Assembly (NCBI GenBank): GCA_963777835.1
Contig: CAVZRK010000006.1
Location: forward strand, 988,010 to 1,052,009
Source of the DNA: an uncultured Gemmatimonadales bacterium
GTDB taxonomy: Bacteria; Gemmatimonadota; Gemmatimonadetes; Gemmatimonadales; GWC2-71-9
Length of the DNA: 64,000 bases
Direction: 5' to 3'
The notes below the pieces were generated by a model. That model saw only the letters and a program-made list of their open reading frames with translations, was not told where the DNA came from and searched no databases. This document shows positions 39,788 through 58,107 of the stretch, piece after piece (within the stretch, counting starts at the first letter, position 1; each line of letters starts with the position of its first letter). The position numbers were made by a program, and so were the translations under genes.

Positions 39788-39835
39788 GGCTCGCTATCCT
39801 GTCGAGATGTGGGTTGCGCTGAGTGCCTCTCGGCC

Positions 39836-41935
39836 TCAGCCTTTCTGCTGCTTCGTGATGATGCCTTCGGCAATGTTCTTCGGCACTTCTTCGTAATGGT
39901 CGAACTGCATCGAGTACACCGCCCGGCCCTGCGTCATGCTCCGGAGCGTGGTGGAATAGCCGAACATCTCCGCCAGCGGCACGTGCGCCGCCACCACCTG
40001 CGCGTCGCCGCGCTGCGTCATGCCGCCGATCTTGCCGCGCCGGCTCGAGAGGTCGCCGATGACGTCGCCGAGGAAGTCGGAGGGGCTCACCACCTCGACC
40101 TCCATGACCGGCTCCAGCAGGACGGGGTTGGCCATCCGCGCCGCTTCCTTGACGGCCATCGAGCCGGCGATCTTGAACGCCATTTCGCTCGAGTCCACGT
40201 CGTGGTAGCTGCCGAACACCAGCGACACCTTCACGTCCACCATCGGGTACCCCGCCAGCACGCCGTTCTCCAGCGCCTCGCGGATGCCCGCCTCCACCGG
40301 CTTGATGAACTCCCGGGGGATGACGCCGCCGACGATCTTGTCCTCGAACACGAAGCCCTGGCCGACGTCGGCCGGCTCCGCGTGGATGACGACGTGGCCG
40401 TACTGGCCCTTGCCGCCCGACTGCCGGATGAACTTGCCCTCGACGTTCTGCACCTTCTTGCGGATCGTCTCGCGGAAGGCCACCTGCGGCTTGCCGACGT
40501 TGGCCTCGACCTTGAACTCGCGCTTCATGCGGTCCACGAGGATTTCCAGGTGGAGCTCGCCCATGCCGGCGATGATCGTCTGGCCCGTCTCCGCGTCGCT
40601 CCGGACCCGGAACGTCGGGTCCTCTTCCTGCAGCTTCTGGAGCGCGATGGTCAGCTTGTCCTGGTCCGCCTTCGTCTTCGGCTCGATGGCCACGTCGATG
40701 ACGGGGTTCGGGAACTTCATCGCCTCGAGGATGATCGGGTTGTCCTCGTCGGACAGGGTGTCGCCCGTCCGGGTGTCCTTGAGCCCGATGGCGGCGCCGA
40801 TGTCGCCCGCCCACACTTCCTCGATCTCTTCCCGCTTGTTCGCGTGCATCTGGAGCAGCCGCCCCACCCGCTCGCGCTTGTCCTTCGTGCTGTTGTACAC
40901 GTAGCTGCCCGACTTCAGCGAGCCCGAGTACACCCGGAAGAAGGTCAGCCGGCCCACGTAGGGGTCGGTGGCCACCTTGAAGGCCAGCGCCGAGAAGGGC
41001 TCGTCGTCCTTCGCCTCGCGGTGCGCCGGCGTGTCGTCGTGGAGCGGCAGGTGCCCCTGCACCGGCTTCACGTCCATCGGGCTCGGCAGGTAGTCGATGA
41101 CCGCGTCGAGCAGCGCCTGCACGCCCTTGTTCTTGAACGAGGCGCCGCAGAGCACCGGCACGATCGACCCGGAGCAGGTGGCCTTCCGGATGGCCGTGTG
41201 GATCTCGTCGAGGCTCAGCTCCTGGCCGGCCAGGTACTTCTCCATCAGCGCGTCGTCGGACTCCACCGCGGCCTCGATCACCTCGTGCCGGGCCTGCTCG
41301 ACGCGCTCCTTGAAGGCGTCGGCCACCGGCATCTCGGTGAAGGTCTTGCCGAGGGTCTCCTCGTCGAAGATGAACTCGACCCGGCGCAGGACGTCGATGT
41401 GCCCGGTGAAGGTCTCGCCCGAGCCGACCGGCAGCTGGATCGGGAACGCCCGCTTGGTCAGCCGGCCCCGGATCATCGACAGGCAGCGGTCGAAGTCGGC
41501 GCCGACCCGGTCCATCTTGTTCGCGAAGATGATCCGCGGCACGCCGTACCGGTCGGCCTGGCGCCACACCGTCTCGGTCTGGGGCTCCACGCCCGCCACC
41601 GAGTCCAGCAGGGTCACCGCGCCGTCGAGCACCCGCAGCGACCGCTCGACCTCGACCGTGAAGTCCACGTGGCCGGGCGTGTCGATGATGTTGATCCGGT
41701 GCACCACGTTGTTCCGGGGCCAGAAGCAGGTCGTGGCGGCGGAGGTGATGGTGATGCCCCGCTCCTGCTCCTGCTCCATCCAGTCCATCGTGGCCGCGCC
41801 CTCGTGCACTTCACCGATCTTGTAGTTCTTGCCGGTGTAGTAGAGGATGCGCTCGGTCGTAGTCGTCTTCCCGGCATCGATGTGGGCCATGATGCCGATG
41901 TTCCGGTACAGTTCGAGCGACGTTGCACGCGACAT
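39836..41935 (-). CDS. fusA: elongation factor G
   Basis: 699 aa; [20 protein letters not shown] motifs. Confidence 0.97.
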   Translation of the reverse strand: MSRATSLELYRNIGIMAHIDAGKTTTTERILYYTGKNYKIGEVHEGAATMDWMEQEQERGITITSAATTCFWPRNNVVHRINIIDTPGHVDFTVEVERSLRVLDGAVTLLDSVAGVEPQTETVWRQADRYGVPRIIFANKMDRVGADFDRCLSMIRGRLTKRAFPIQLPVGSGETFTGHIDVLRRVEFIFDEETLGKTFTEMPVADAFKERVEQARHEVIEAAVESDDALMEKYLAGQELSLDEIHTAIRKATCSGSIVPVLCGASFKNKGVQALLDAVIDYLPSPMDVKPVQGHLPLHDDTPAHREAKDDEPFSALAFKVATDPYVGRLTFFRVYSGSLKSGSYVYNSTKDKRERVGRLLQMHANKREEIEEVWAGDIGAAIGLKDTRTGDTLSDEDNPIILEAMKFPNPVIDVAIEPKTKADQDKLTIALQKLQEEDPTFRVRSDAETGQTIIAGMGELHLEILVDRMKREFKVEANVGKPQVAFRETIRKKVQNVEGKFIRQSGGKGQYGHVVIHAEPADVGQGFVFEDKIVGGVIPREFIKPVEAGIREALENGVLAGYPMVDVKVSLVFGSYHDVDSSEMAFKIAGSMAVKEAARMANPVLLEPVMEVEVVSPSDFLGDVIGDLSSRRGKIGGMTQRGDAQVVAAHVPLAEMFGYSTTLRSMTQGRAVYSMQFDHYEEVPKNIAEGIITKQQKG

Positions 41936-41963
41936 ACGATCCCTGTCTCTGGTCTCTATTCAG

Positions 41964-42013
41964 CGAAAAAGCGGGGCGACCGAGCCGGGCAGGTGCCCGT
42001 GGTATCGCTCCGC
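41964..42013 (-). terminator. terminator/attenuator-like hairpin in the long rpsG-fusA spacer
   Basis: Minus strand reads GCGGAGCGA-N25-TCGCCCCGC (9-bp stem, one mismatch) followed by TTTTTCGC. It ends ~30 nt upstream of the fusA ATG. Confidence 0.35.
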
Positions 42014-42159
42014 GCACGTCCGGGGTTTCCCCCGAGACGAGGAGTCTCATGGACTCCCTCGCAGTTTCGTCGGAAGACCAGAGGTGGCTGGCGGTCTTGG
42101 CCGCCGTCACGTGGTCCGATTATCGGGCGAGCACCAGGCTCGCCCGTCCAGCTAGGCGC

Positions 42160-42630
42160 CTACCAGCGGTAGTGCGCGAACGCCCGGTTGGCCTCGGCCA
42201 TGCGGTGCGTGTCTTCCTTCTTCTTGATGGTGCTGCCCTCGCCCTTGGAGGCCAGGATCAGCTCCGCGGCCAGCCGCTCCGCCATGGTCTTCTCGGAACG
42301 CTCCCGCGCGTAGCCGATGATCCACCGCATGGCCAGCGCGCCGCGGCGGTCCGGACGGACCTCCACCGGCACCTGGAGCGAGGCGCCGCCGACCCGCCGG
42401 CTCTTCACTTCGAGCGCGGGCTTGGCGTTGTTGACCGCCTGCTTGAAGACCGTGACGCCCGGCTGCCCGGTGCGCTCCTCGATCAGGTCCATGGCGGTGT
42501 AGAAGATGCCCTCCGCCGTGCTCTTCTTGCCTTCGGTCATCAGGTTGTTGACGAACTTGCTGACCGTCTGGCTGTCGTATCGCGGATCGGGCGGCACCGG
42601 CCGCCGGACCGCCTTGTTCCGGCGGCTCAC
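42160..42630 (-). CDS. rpsG: 30S ribosomal protein S7
   Basis: 156 aa; [20 protein letters not shown].... Confidence 0.95.
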   Translation of the reverse strand: MSRRNKAVRRPVPPDPRYDSQTVSKFVNNLMTEGKKSTAEGIFYTAMDLIEERTGQPGVTVFKQAVNNAKPALEVKSRRVGGASLQVPVEVRPDRRGALAMRWIIGYARERSEKTMAERLAAELILASKGEGSTIKKKEDTHRMAEANRAFAHYRW

Positions 42631-43022
42631 TTCTTCCCTCCGGCCCCGCCGGCCTTCGGACGCTTGGCGCCGTACTTCGAGCGCGACTGGCGGCGGTCGT
42701 TGACGCCGGCGGTGTCGAGGCTGCCGCGGACGATGTGATAGCGCACGCCCGGCAGGTCCTTCACGCGGCCGCCGCGGATCAACACGATCGAGTGCTCCTG
42801 CAGGTTGTGCCCCTCGCCCGGGATGTAGGCGATGACCTCGAAGCCGTTCGTCAACCGGACCTTGGCGACCTTGCGGAGCGCCGAGTTCGGCTTCTTGGGC
42901 GTCGTGGTGTAGACGCGCGTGCAGACGCCCCGCCGCAGCGGATTCATCTTCAACGCGGGCGACTTGCCCTTGTAGGCCGGCGTCTTGCGACCGTTCCGGA
43001 CGAGTTGGTTGATGGTCGGCAT
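42627..43022 (-). CDS. rpsL: 30S ribosomal protein S12
   Basis: Start trimmed to ATG 43022 ([13 protein letters not shown]…[12 protein letters not shown]…), 131 aa. Confidence 0.95.
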   Translation of the reverse strand: MPTINQLVRNGRKTPAYKGKSPALKMNPLRRGVCTRVYTTTPKKPNSALRKVAKVRLTNGFEVIAYIPGEGHNLQEHSIVLIRGGRVKDLPGVRYHIVRGSLDTAGVNDRRQSRSKYGAKRPKAGGAGGKK

Positions 43023-43076
43023 ACCCTGCGCTTTTCCGTGGTCGATAAAATGGCCGCTAAATGGCGGCAGACACCA

Positions 43077-43105
43077 AAGATAGAGGGCGTTCAAACCGGA
43101 GTCAA
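43077..43105 (-). promoter_or_regulatory. candidate sigma-70 promoter of the str operon (TTGACT-N17-TATCTT)
   Basis: Minus strand reads TTGACT ccggtttgaacgccctc TATCTT, ~55 nt upstream of the rpsL ATG. Same architecture as the tRNA promoter at 57854-57882. Confidence 0.45.
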
Positions 43106-43223
43106 GGGAGGGACTTCGGGTTCCGAAGGAAGAACCCCGCACCTCGTTCCGGCAAGCGCCAGAGCAGCTACGGGGCTCTATCCTGTTGTGAATCAATTAC
43201 TTATCACTGGAGCGACCCAAGGC

Positions 43224-44768
43224 CTACCGCACCCTGGTAATCCGTCCCTGCCGGTCGATGCCCCGGATCGGACCGGTCCGCGGCAACTCGCGCATTTGCA
43301 GGACATTCTCGATTCGGCCAGGCGCACCGGCCGGCGGCGCCGTCATGCTGTAGGCGTCCGCGGTGGCGTAGCTGACGGTGTAGGCCAGGTCGGCCAAGCT
43401 GCCGATCGTGATGGCGCTGAGCGGGCTCGCCCCGGCCGCGACGTACCCCGTCATGAGTTCGGTGGTCATGACCGTCTCGCGCCAGTGCCCGTCCTGCGTG
43501 CCCGGGCCGCCGGTGTTCTCCACCGGCACGGGGGCGAGGCTCGGGAAGGCGGTCAGCCCCCCCGCCGCCGTGTAGTACGAAATCGCATTCGTCCCGTTGA
43601 ACTGCGTGGAGTCCGTGCCGCCAAAGGTCAGCAGCGACGGCGTGACGTACGTCCACAGCGTCCCGAACCCGAGGACGTGCCCCATCTCATGCAGGATGAC
43701 CGTCTGCAGGAGGCCCATCGACTCAAGCGTGCCCATGTCGGCCACGTCGAAGGTCATGTCCCCGACCAGGGTCAGGTAGCCCGGGATCCGGACCCAGCAC
43801 GGGCTGGCGCCGCCGAGGATCTGGCCCGGCCCGTCGATCGGCGCGATCGTCGCGTAGATCAGCACCGACGTGATGACCTGGTCGATGGCCGGTGTGTTGT
43901 CGCTGCAGCTCTTCGCATCCGCGATCACCGTGTCCGGCGTGAAGCCCGACACCACGATGCTGCTCCAGCGGGCCGCGGCGTCGAGGAAGGCGGTACGCTG
44001 GTTGGCCGTCACGGGCGTCAGGAACACCACTTCCACGTTGTACGTGCTGGGCACGGCGGTGCCGAGCGTCACGAAGTCAAAGAACACCGATCCGTTGCTC
44101 GCGAGCGTCGCCGTGGTGATGTAGCCACTCATCGTGCCGCCCACGATCCGGGTCGCCGAAGTCCGCCCCACCGCGTCCGTCACCGTCGCCCCGACGGAAC
44201 CTGACCCGCCGCCGGAGATCGACCAGTTGACCGTGGTCCCGGCCACCGGATTGCCATAGGCGTCGGTGACCTCGGCGACAAGGGGTGCGGCCGTCCCCTG
44301 GAAGAGGACCGCGTTCTGGTTGTTGCCCGACACCGCCGTCACCTTCACCGGGGCGCCGGCGTTGCCGCTCGCCCGGAAGGTGACCGGCGAGCCGGACAGC
44401 CCGGCGGCCGTGGCCGTCGCGACGTTGTTGTTGACGCCGGACACCGTGCCGATGGTCCAGGTGGTCGAGGCCTCACCCTGCGTGTTGGTGGTGACCGGCG
44501 CGGCCGCCGCGACCGCGCCACCGCCATCGGTCACCGCGAAGGTCACCGCGACGCCCGCCACGGGATCGCCGCCGGCGTCCGTCACCCGCACCCCGATCGG
44601 CGTCGGCAGCGCCGTGCCGACCGTGCCGTTCTGCACGCTGCCGGACGCCACCGCGATGGTCGTCGCCTCCTGCGAGGGGCCGCTGCCGCCGTCGCCGGAG
44701 CAGCCGAACACGAGCCCCGCCGCCACTGCCGCCAGCCCCGCCCGCGCCATTCCGCTTTGCACCCGCAT
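43224..44768 (-). CDS. lipoprotein with N-terminal Ig-like (Big-type) repeats and a leishmanolysin-like (M8-type) zinc metalloprotease domain
   Basis: ATG 44768 preceded by GAGGGAG. Lipobox LVFGCSG. Repeated …GTVGTALPTPIGVRVTDAGGDPVAGVAVTF… and …LVAEVTDAYGNPVAGTTVNW… segments. Catalytic HEMGHVLGF. Only the last 514 aa of ORF 43224..45851 are protein-like. Confidence 0.7.
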   Translation of the reverse strand: MRVQSGMARAGLAAVAAGLVFGCSGDGGSGPSQEATTIAVASGSVQNGTVGTALPTPIGVRVTDAGGDPVAGVAVTFAVTDGGGAVAAAAPVTTNTQGEASTTWTIGTVSGVNNNVATATAAGLSGSPVTFRASGNAGAPVKVTAVSGNNQNAVLFQGTAAPLVAEVTDAYGNPVAGTTVNWSISGGGSGSVGATVTDAVGRTSATRIVGGTMSGYITTATLASNGSVFFDFVTLGTAVPSTYNVEVVFLTPVTANQRTAFLDAAARWSSIVVSGFTPDTVIADAKSCSDNTPAIDQVITSVLIYATIAPIDGPGQILGGASPCWVRIPGYLTLVGDMTFDVADMGTLESMGLLQTVILHEMGHVLGFGTLWTYVTPSLLTFGGTDSTQFNGTNAISYYTAAGGLTAFPSLAPVPVENTGGPGTQDGHWRETVMTTELMTGYVAAGASPLSAITIGSLADLAYTVSYATADAYSMTAPPAGAPGRIENVLQMRELPRTGPIRGIDRQGRITRVR

Positions 44769-44843
44769 GCTGCGCTCCCTCGCGATTCGCTCGCCCAAAG
44801 TGTCGGCCGGGCCCAGGGGGTGACTCGGCGCTGGTGATTTCTT

Positions 44844-44884
44844 CCCGAAACCGAACAGCGTCCGGAACCGGGTTCCGGACGCTG
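44844..44884 (-). terminator. rho-independent terminator after rpoC
   Basis: Perfect 28-nt palindrome CAGCGTCCGGAACC/GGTTCCGGACGCTG (44856-44884), followed on the minus strand by TTCGGTTTCGGG. Confidence 0.6.
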
Positions 44885-44911
44885 CAGGGGCCCTCACAAG
44901 ACAAGCCGTGG

Positions 44912-49483
<4,572 letters not shown>

Positions 49484-49549
49484 TGCTGCCTCATTCTTGA
49501 ATCCGGCGCGGATGCCGCGCCGGCGGACACGTCGTCAGTCAGCTGCCGC

Positions 49550-54027
<4,478 letters not shown>

Positions 54028-54041
54028 GGCTCACTCTCATG

Positions 54042-54070
54042 CAACACAAAGGGCCCCGGGATGGGGGCCC
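54042..54070 (-). terminator. rplL-rpoB intergenic attenuator/terminator hairpin
   Basis: Minus strand reads GGGCCCC-CATCCC-GGGGCCC followed by TTTGTGTTGC, 15 nt upstream of the rpoB ATG. A second perfect 11-bp hairpin (CGCCCGCCGGG-AGGA-CCCGGCGGGCG) lies at 54170-54195, right after rplL. Confidence 0.55.
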
Positions 54071-54205
54071 CCGCCGGAAGGCGAGGACCCCGCGGGGCTC
54101 GGACGTCGCTGGAATTCAGGACCAACGCAGGTTCGTCATGCCGTCTCGCTGAAACAGGGTGGTCGCAGGCGCCCGCCGGGTCCTCCCGGCGGGCGGGTGC
54201 GGGCC

Positions 54206-54577
54206 CTACTTCATTTCGACGGTGGCGCCCTGCTCTTCGAGCTTCTTCTTCAGTTCTTCCGCCTCGGCCTTGGAGATGCCCTCCTTGATGACGCCACCGG
54301 CGTCCACCAGGTCCTTGGCTTCCTTCAGGCCCAGGCTCGTCACTTCGCGCACGACCTTGATGACCTGGATCTTCTTGGCGCCGCCGTCCTTGAGGACGAT
54401 CGAGTACTCGGTCTGCTCCTCGACCGCCGGGGCCGCCGCCGCCGCGCCCGCCGCCGGGGCGGCCATGACGGAGACGTTGAACTTCGTCTTGAAGGACTCG
54501 ATCAGGTCCGCCAGCTCGAGCACGGTCTTGTTGCCAATCGCGTCGAGGATCTGCTCATTGCTCATCGTGGTGCTCAT
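54206..54577 (-). CDS. rplL: 50S ribosomal protein L7/L12
   Basis: Start trimmed to ATG 54577 (GGAGAG RBS; [27 protein letters not shown]…). C-terminus …[38 protein letters not shown]. Confidence 0.95.
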   Translation of the reverse strand: MSTTMSNEQILDAIGNKTVLELADLIESFKTKFNVSVMAAPAAGAAAAAPAVEEQTEYSIVLKDGGAKKIQVIKVVREVTSLGLKEAKDLVDAGGVIKEGISKAEAEELKKKLEEQGATVEMK

Positions 54578-54596
54578 CGGGATGCTCTCCGTCGGG

Positions 54597-55091
54597 TTAG
54601 GATGCCGCGGCGCTGCGCTGCTCACGCAGTGCCTCGAGTGCGCCGACCATGGTGTACAGGACGCCGTTCATTGCGCCGGCCAGCTGGGCCAGCAGGACTT
54701 CGCGCGGCGGGATCTCGCCGAGCCGCTTCACGTGGGCCGGGGTGACGGTTGCGCCGTCCACCCGCCCCATCTTGACCGTGGGCTTGTCGCCGAACTCCTT
54801 GGCGAACTCGGTCAGCACCTTGGCGGCCGAGAGCGGGTCGTGCGACAGCACGAGGCCGGTCGGGCCGTTGAAGTGCGCGTCGAGCCCCTCGATCTGGTTG
54901 GCCGCGAGGGCCCGCTGCGCCAGCGTGTTCTTCACCACGACGTAACTGGCGCCGGCCGCCCGGAGGCGACGGCGGAATTCCGTCATGCGGAGCACGTTGA
55001 GGCCGCTGAAATCCGTGACATAGACGTTGGGAGACGCCTTCAAGGCTGCCGTGAGGGTCTCGACCTCCGCCTGCCGTTCGGTCTTGCTCAT
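54597..55091 (-). CDS. rplJ: 50S ribosomal protein L10
   Basis: Start trimmed to ATG 55091 ([33 protein letters not shown]...). The ATG overlaps the rplA stop (ATGA). Confidence 0.9.
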   Translation of the reverse strand: MSKTERQAEVETLTAALKASPNVYVTDFSGLNVLRMTEFRRRLRAAGASYVVVKNTLAQRALAANQIEGLDAHFNGPTGLVLSHDPLSAAKVLTEFAKEFGDKPTVKMGRVDGATVTPAHVKRLGEIPPREVLLAQLAGAMNGVLYTMVGALEALREQRSAAAS

Positions 55092-55777
55092 TTGTACCCC
55101 GCCGTCTCGAGCCGCACGCCCGGGCCCATGGTGCTGGACACGGTCGCCGACCGGATGTAGACGCCCTTGGCCGCGGCCGGCTTGGCCCGCATGATGGTGT
55201 CCATGAACGCCTGGAGGTTTTCCGCCAGCTGGGCCTCGCTGAACGACACCTTGCCGATCGGGACGTGCACGTTGCCGGTCTTGTCGACCCGGAACTCGAT
55301 CTTGCCCGCCTTGATTTCCCGGACCGCCTTGGCCACGTCCAGCGTGACCGTGCCGGCCTTCGGGTTCGGCATCAGGCCGCGGGGACCGAGCACGCGGCCG
55401 AGCTGGCCGAGCTGGCCCATCACGTCCGGCGTGGCGACGATCACGTCGCACTCGAGCCACCCGTCCTTCAGCTTCTGGAGGAACTCGAGCCCGACGAAGT
55501 CGGCCCCGGCCGCCTCGGCCTCCTTGGCCTTCTCGCCCTGCGTGACGACCAGCACCCGCACCGTCTTGCCGGTGCCGTGCGGCAGGACCACGGTGCCCCG
55601 GACGACCTGGTCCGCGTGCCGCGGGTCCACGCCGAGCCGGACCGCCACGTCCACCGTCTCGTTGAACTTGGCCTTGGCGGCCGCCTTGACGGCGGCGCAC
55701 GCCTCGGCGCTGTTGTAGGTCTTGCTGCGGTCGACCGTGGCCGCCGCGGCGAGGTACCGCTTGCCGTGAGTGGCCAT
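55088..55777 (-). CDS. rplA: 50S ribosomal protein L1
   Basis: Start trimmed to ATG 55777 ([19 protein letters not shown]…), 229 aa. Confidence 0.95.
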   Translation of the reverse strand: MATHGKRYLAAAATVDRSKTYNSAEACAAVKAAAKAKFNETVDVAVRLGVDPRHADQVVRGTVVLPHGTGKTVRVLVVTQGEKAKEAEAAGADFVGLEFLQKLKDGWLECDVIVATPDVMGQLGQLGRVLGPRGLMPNPKAGTVTLDVAKAVREIKAGKIEFRVDKTGNVHVPIGKVSFSEAQLAENLQAFMDTIMRAKPAAAKGVYIRSATVSSTMGPGVRLETAGYK

Positions 55778-56202
55778 CAGTCGATGACCTCCAGCCCCAT
55801 CGACCGGGCAGTGCCGGCGATCATCCGCATGGCGCTGTCGAGGGATGCGGCGTTGAGGTCGGCCATCTTGATCTCGGCGATCTTCTTGACCTGCGCCGAG
55901 CTGACCTTGCCGACCTTGGTCCGGTTGGGCTGCGCGCTCCCCTTCTCGATGCCCGCCTCCTTGAGGAGGAGGTTCGGGGCCGGCGGGGTCTTGGTGATGA
56001 ACGTGAACGTCCGGTCGCCGTAGATGGTCACGACGACGGGGATCACCATTCCGCTCTGGCTCTGGGTCCGCGCGTTGAACTGCTTGCAGAACTCCATGAT
56101 GTTGACGCCGTGCGGGCCCAGCGCCGTCCCGACCGGGGGCGCGGGGTTCGCGGCGCCAGCCGGAACCTGCAGCTTGACGAGCGCCTGGATCTTCTTCGCC
56201 AT
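55777..56202 (-). CDS. rplK: 50S ribosomal protein L11
   Basis: 141 aa; [40 protein letters not shown].... Confidence 0.95.
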   Translation of the reverse strand: MAKKIQALVKLQVPAGAANPAPPVGTALGPHGVNIMEFCKQFNARTQSQSGMVIPVVVTIYGDRTFTFITKTPPAPNLLLKEAGIEKGSAQPNRTKVGKVSSAQVKKIAEIKMADLNAASLDSAMRMIAGTARSMGLEVID

Positions 56203-56308
56203 ACGACTCCTCGTGGTGCGCCGGGGCGATCAACCGCCCCTGGCTCCCGCGTGTTCCGCGCGGTGGCGGTGCAGCCCCCGGAGGGGCGCAAGAGCGGCGC
56301 CTGCCGCC

Positions 56309-56851
56309 CTAGTGACCGCGAAGCTGGAGGTAATCCAGCTCGACGGTCGTCGGCCGGCCGAAGAGGCTGACCGACACCTTGACCTTGCCCTTGTCGGCCA
56401 GCACTTCCTCGACCGTGCCGCTGAAGTCGGAGAAGGGGCCTTCCGTGATCTCGACCACCTGGCCGGGCAGGAAGGGAATCTCCTCCTTCGGCGAGGCGTC
56501 CGACGTCTGCTCGGCCACGCCCAGGAGCCGGTTGACCTCTTCCTGGCGCAGCGGCTGCGGCAGCTTGCCAGTGCCGACGAACTTGATGACGCCCTGGATG
56601 CTGTTGACCAGGTGCAGCGCCTCCTGGCTCATCCCCATCTCGACGAGGACGTAGCCGGGGTACAGCTTCCGCTCGACGGTGACCTTCTTGCCGTTCTTGA
56701 TCTCGACGGCCTCCTGCACCGGCACCAGCGCCTGGCGCACCAGCCGCTCGTCGGCGGCCCGAGGATCCTCGTCGATGCGCCGCTGCAGCAGCCCGCGGAC
56801 CTTGTTCTCGTGGCCGGCGGTCGTCTGGATCGCGTACCAGCGGTAGTCCAT
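56309..56851 (-). CDS. nusG: transcription termination/antitermination factor NusG
   Basis: Start trimmed to ATG 56851 (MDYRWYAIQTTAGHENKV…). KOW motif FLPGQVVEITEGPFSDFSGTVEEV. Confidence 0.95.
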   Translation of the reverse strand: MDYRWYAIQTTAGHENKVRGLLQRRIDEDPRAADERLVRQALVPVQEAVEIKNGKKVTVERKLYPGYVLVEMGMSQEALHLVNSIQGVIKFVGTGKLPQPLRQEEVNRLLGVAEQTSDASPKEEIPFLPGQVVEITEGPFSDFSGTVEEVLADKGKVKVSVSLFGRPTTVELDYLQLRGH

Positions 56852-56856
56852 GGCGA

Positions 56857-57111
56857 TCACCGAGCCAGCCGCGCGACGCCGTCCACCAGGATCAGTTGGA
56901 GCAGCAGGTCGAGCCAGCCGATCAGGAGCCCGAGGGCCACCGACATGATCAGGATCATGCGCGTGGCCTTCTTCAGCTCGTCCGTGGACGGCCACGAGAC
57001 CTTCTTCATTTCGGCCCGCACGGCGACCAGGAAGTGCCCGGTGCGGCGGACCCAGCCGCCGAGCCCGGTGCCGGCCTCCAGCGCGCGCCCACCCTGCGCG
57101 GAAGTCTCCAT
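56857..57111 (-). CDS. secE: preprotein translocase subunit SecE
   Basis: Start trimmed to ATG 57111; 84 aa; …VRAEMKKVSWPSTDELKKATRMILIMSVALGLLIGWLD…. Confidence 0.85.
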   Translation of the reverse strand: METSAQGGRALEAGTGLGGWVRRTGHFLVAVRAEMKKVSWPSTDELKKATRMILIMSVALGLLIGWLDLLLQLILVDGVARLAR

Positions 57112-57113
57112 GC

Positions 57114-57266
57114 CTACTTCGACTCCTTGTGGAGCTGGTGCTTGTCGCACCGCGGGCAGTACTTCTTCCACTCGACGCGCTCCGGATGCTTCCGACGGTT
57201 CTTGTCGGTGAAGTAGTTCCGGTTCTTGCAGTCGGTGCACTCGAGAATGATCTTTTCGCGCGGCAT
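57114..57266 (-). CDS. rpmG: 50S ribosomal protein L33 (50 aa, Cys-containing type)
   Basis: Not in the ORF track (too short). My translation of the minus strand gives [50 protein letters not shown], stop TAG at 57114-57116. Canonical position upstream of secE. Confidence 0.85.
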   Translation of the reverse strand: MPREKIILECTDCKNRNYFTDKNRRKHPERVEWKKYCPRCDKHQLHKESK

Positions 57267-57387
57267 AGTTCAGCGGGGCAGCGAGGCAGCGGGGCGGCGG
57301 GGCAGTGTGTGCCGGTCGCCGGTCCGTCTGTCCGCCTGTCCGCCCTCCGTAAAAGTGGTACTCCAGCGCCCTGCGACGCCCTGCCAG

Positions 57388-57460
<73 letters not shown>

Positions 57461-57474
57461 AACCTCACGTCCAG

Positions 57475-57547
57475 AGCGGGCGACGGGACTCGAACCCGCG
57501 ACCCTCAGCTTGGAAGGCTGACGCTCTACCAACTGAGCTACACCCGC
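57475..57547 (-). tRNA. tRNA-Gly (anticodon TCC)
   Basis: GCGGGTG…GCTCAGTTGGTAGAGC…TCAGC-CTTCCAA-GCTGA…GCGGGTTCGAGTCCCGT-CGCCCGC-T cloverleaf. CCA not encoded. Confidence 0.9.
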
Positions 57548-57585
57548 CGGTGTCCTGCTGCCTGACCATGGCCCGCTGCCAGGCA

Positions 57586-57669
57586 TGGTGGGGGTAGGAT
57601 TCGAACCTACGTAGGGCGAAGCCCGGCAGATTTACAGTCTGCTGCCATTAGCCACTCGGCCACCCCACC
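57586..57669 (-). tRNA. tRNA-Tyr (anticodon GTA, long variable arm)
   Basis: GGTGGGG…GCAGACTGTAAATCTGC…variable arm CGGGCTTCGCCCTAC…GGTTCGAATCC…CCCCACC-A. Confidence 0.9.
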
Positions 57670-57751
57670 GCGCTGCCTGCTACCCCCCGATACAGAACCC
57701 CGCCACCAACTGGGCGGGGTTTGAACCTCGAGAGTTTTCCTGCACTTCAGC

Positions 57752-57827
57752 TGGAGCTGACGAAGGGACTCGAACCCCCAACCGGTGGTTTACAAAACCA
57801 CTGCTCTACCAATTGAGCTACGTCAGC
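57752..57827 (-). tRNA. tRNA-Thr (anticodon TGT), CCA encoded
   Basis: GCTGACG-TA-GCTC-AATTGGTA-GAGC-A-GTGGT-TTTGTAA-ACCAC…GGGGGTTCGAGTCCCTT-CGTCAGC-TCCA. Confidence 0.9.
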
Positions 57828-57853
57828 GCGAAAGCCAAAATAGGCAGACCCAT

Positions 57854-57882
57854 ATGATAGAGGGGGACATAGCAATAGTCAA
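57854..57882 (-). promoter_or_regulatory. candidate sigma-70 promoter of the tRNA/rpmG-secE-nusG cluster (TTGACT-N17-TATCAT)
   Basis: Minus strand reads TTGACT attgctatgtccccctc TATCAT; the -10 ends ~27 nt upstream of the tRNA-Thr(TGT) 5' end. It lies in a locally AT-richer patch. Confidence 0.5.
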
Positions 57883-58107
57883 CTGCTGACGAGCGGCGGG
57901 GATGCGGGGCTGGGGGGGGGCCCGACCCTGACCCCTGGCCAGCCGATTTCCTGCTTCCTGTATCGGTTTCCCCCTGATACATTCGGATGCTTCCGCTCCA
58001 CTACTGTCGCCAGAATGACGCCCTTTCCAGGTTCGGCCGCCCTCCGGCCGTCGCCTCGGCACGGCCGGTCGAAGGCGGCTCCACGAGCACCCCGGGACGA
58101 CGATAAC

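Noticed and set aside
57267-57387. Expected tRNA-Trp and a tuf copy between the tRNA cluster and rpmG, as seen in many bacteria.
   Set aside because: The 120-nt segment does not fold into a cloverleaf and has no T-loop GTTCRANYC motif. It is a GC-rich leader with GGACAG-like repeats. The single tuf in the window is in the str operon.
58015-58107. N-terminal 31 codons of ORF-track entry 58015..59118 as part of the first AAA+ protein.
   Set aside because: The segment (MTPFPGSAALRPSPRHGRSKAAPRAPRDDDN) is low-complexity and lacks an upstream SD. ATG 58108 begins protein-like sequence (MADLNKMTDWDQLKAMLEKK…). I kept it as an alternative start only.
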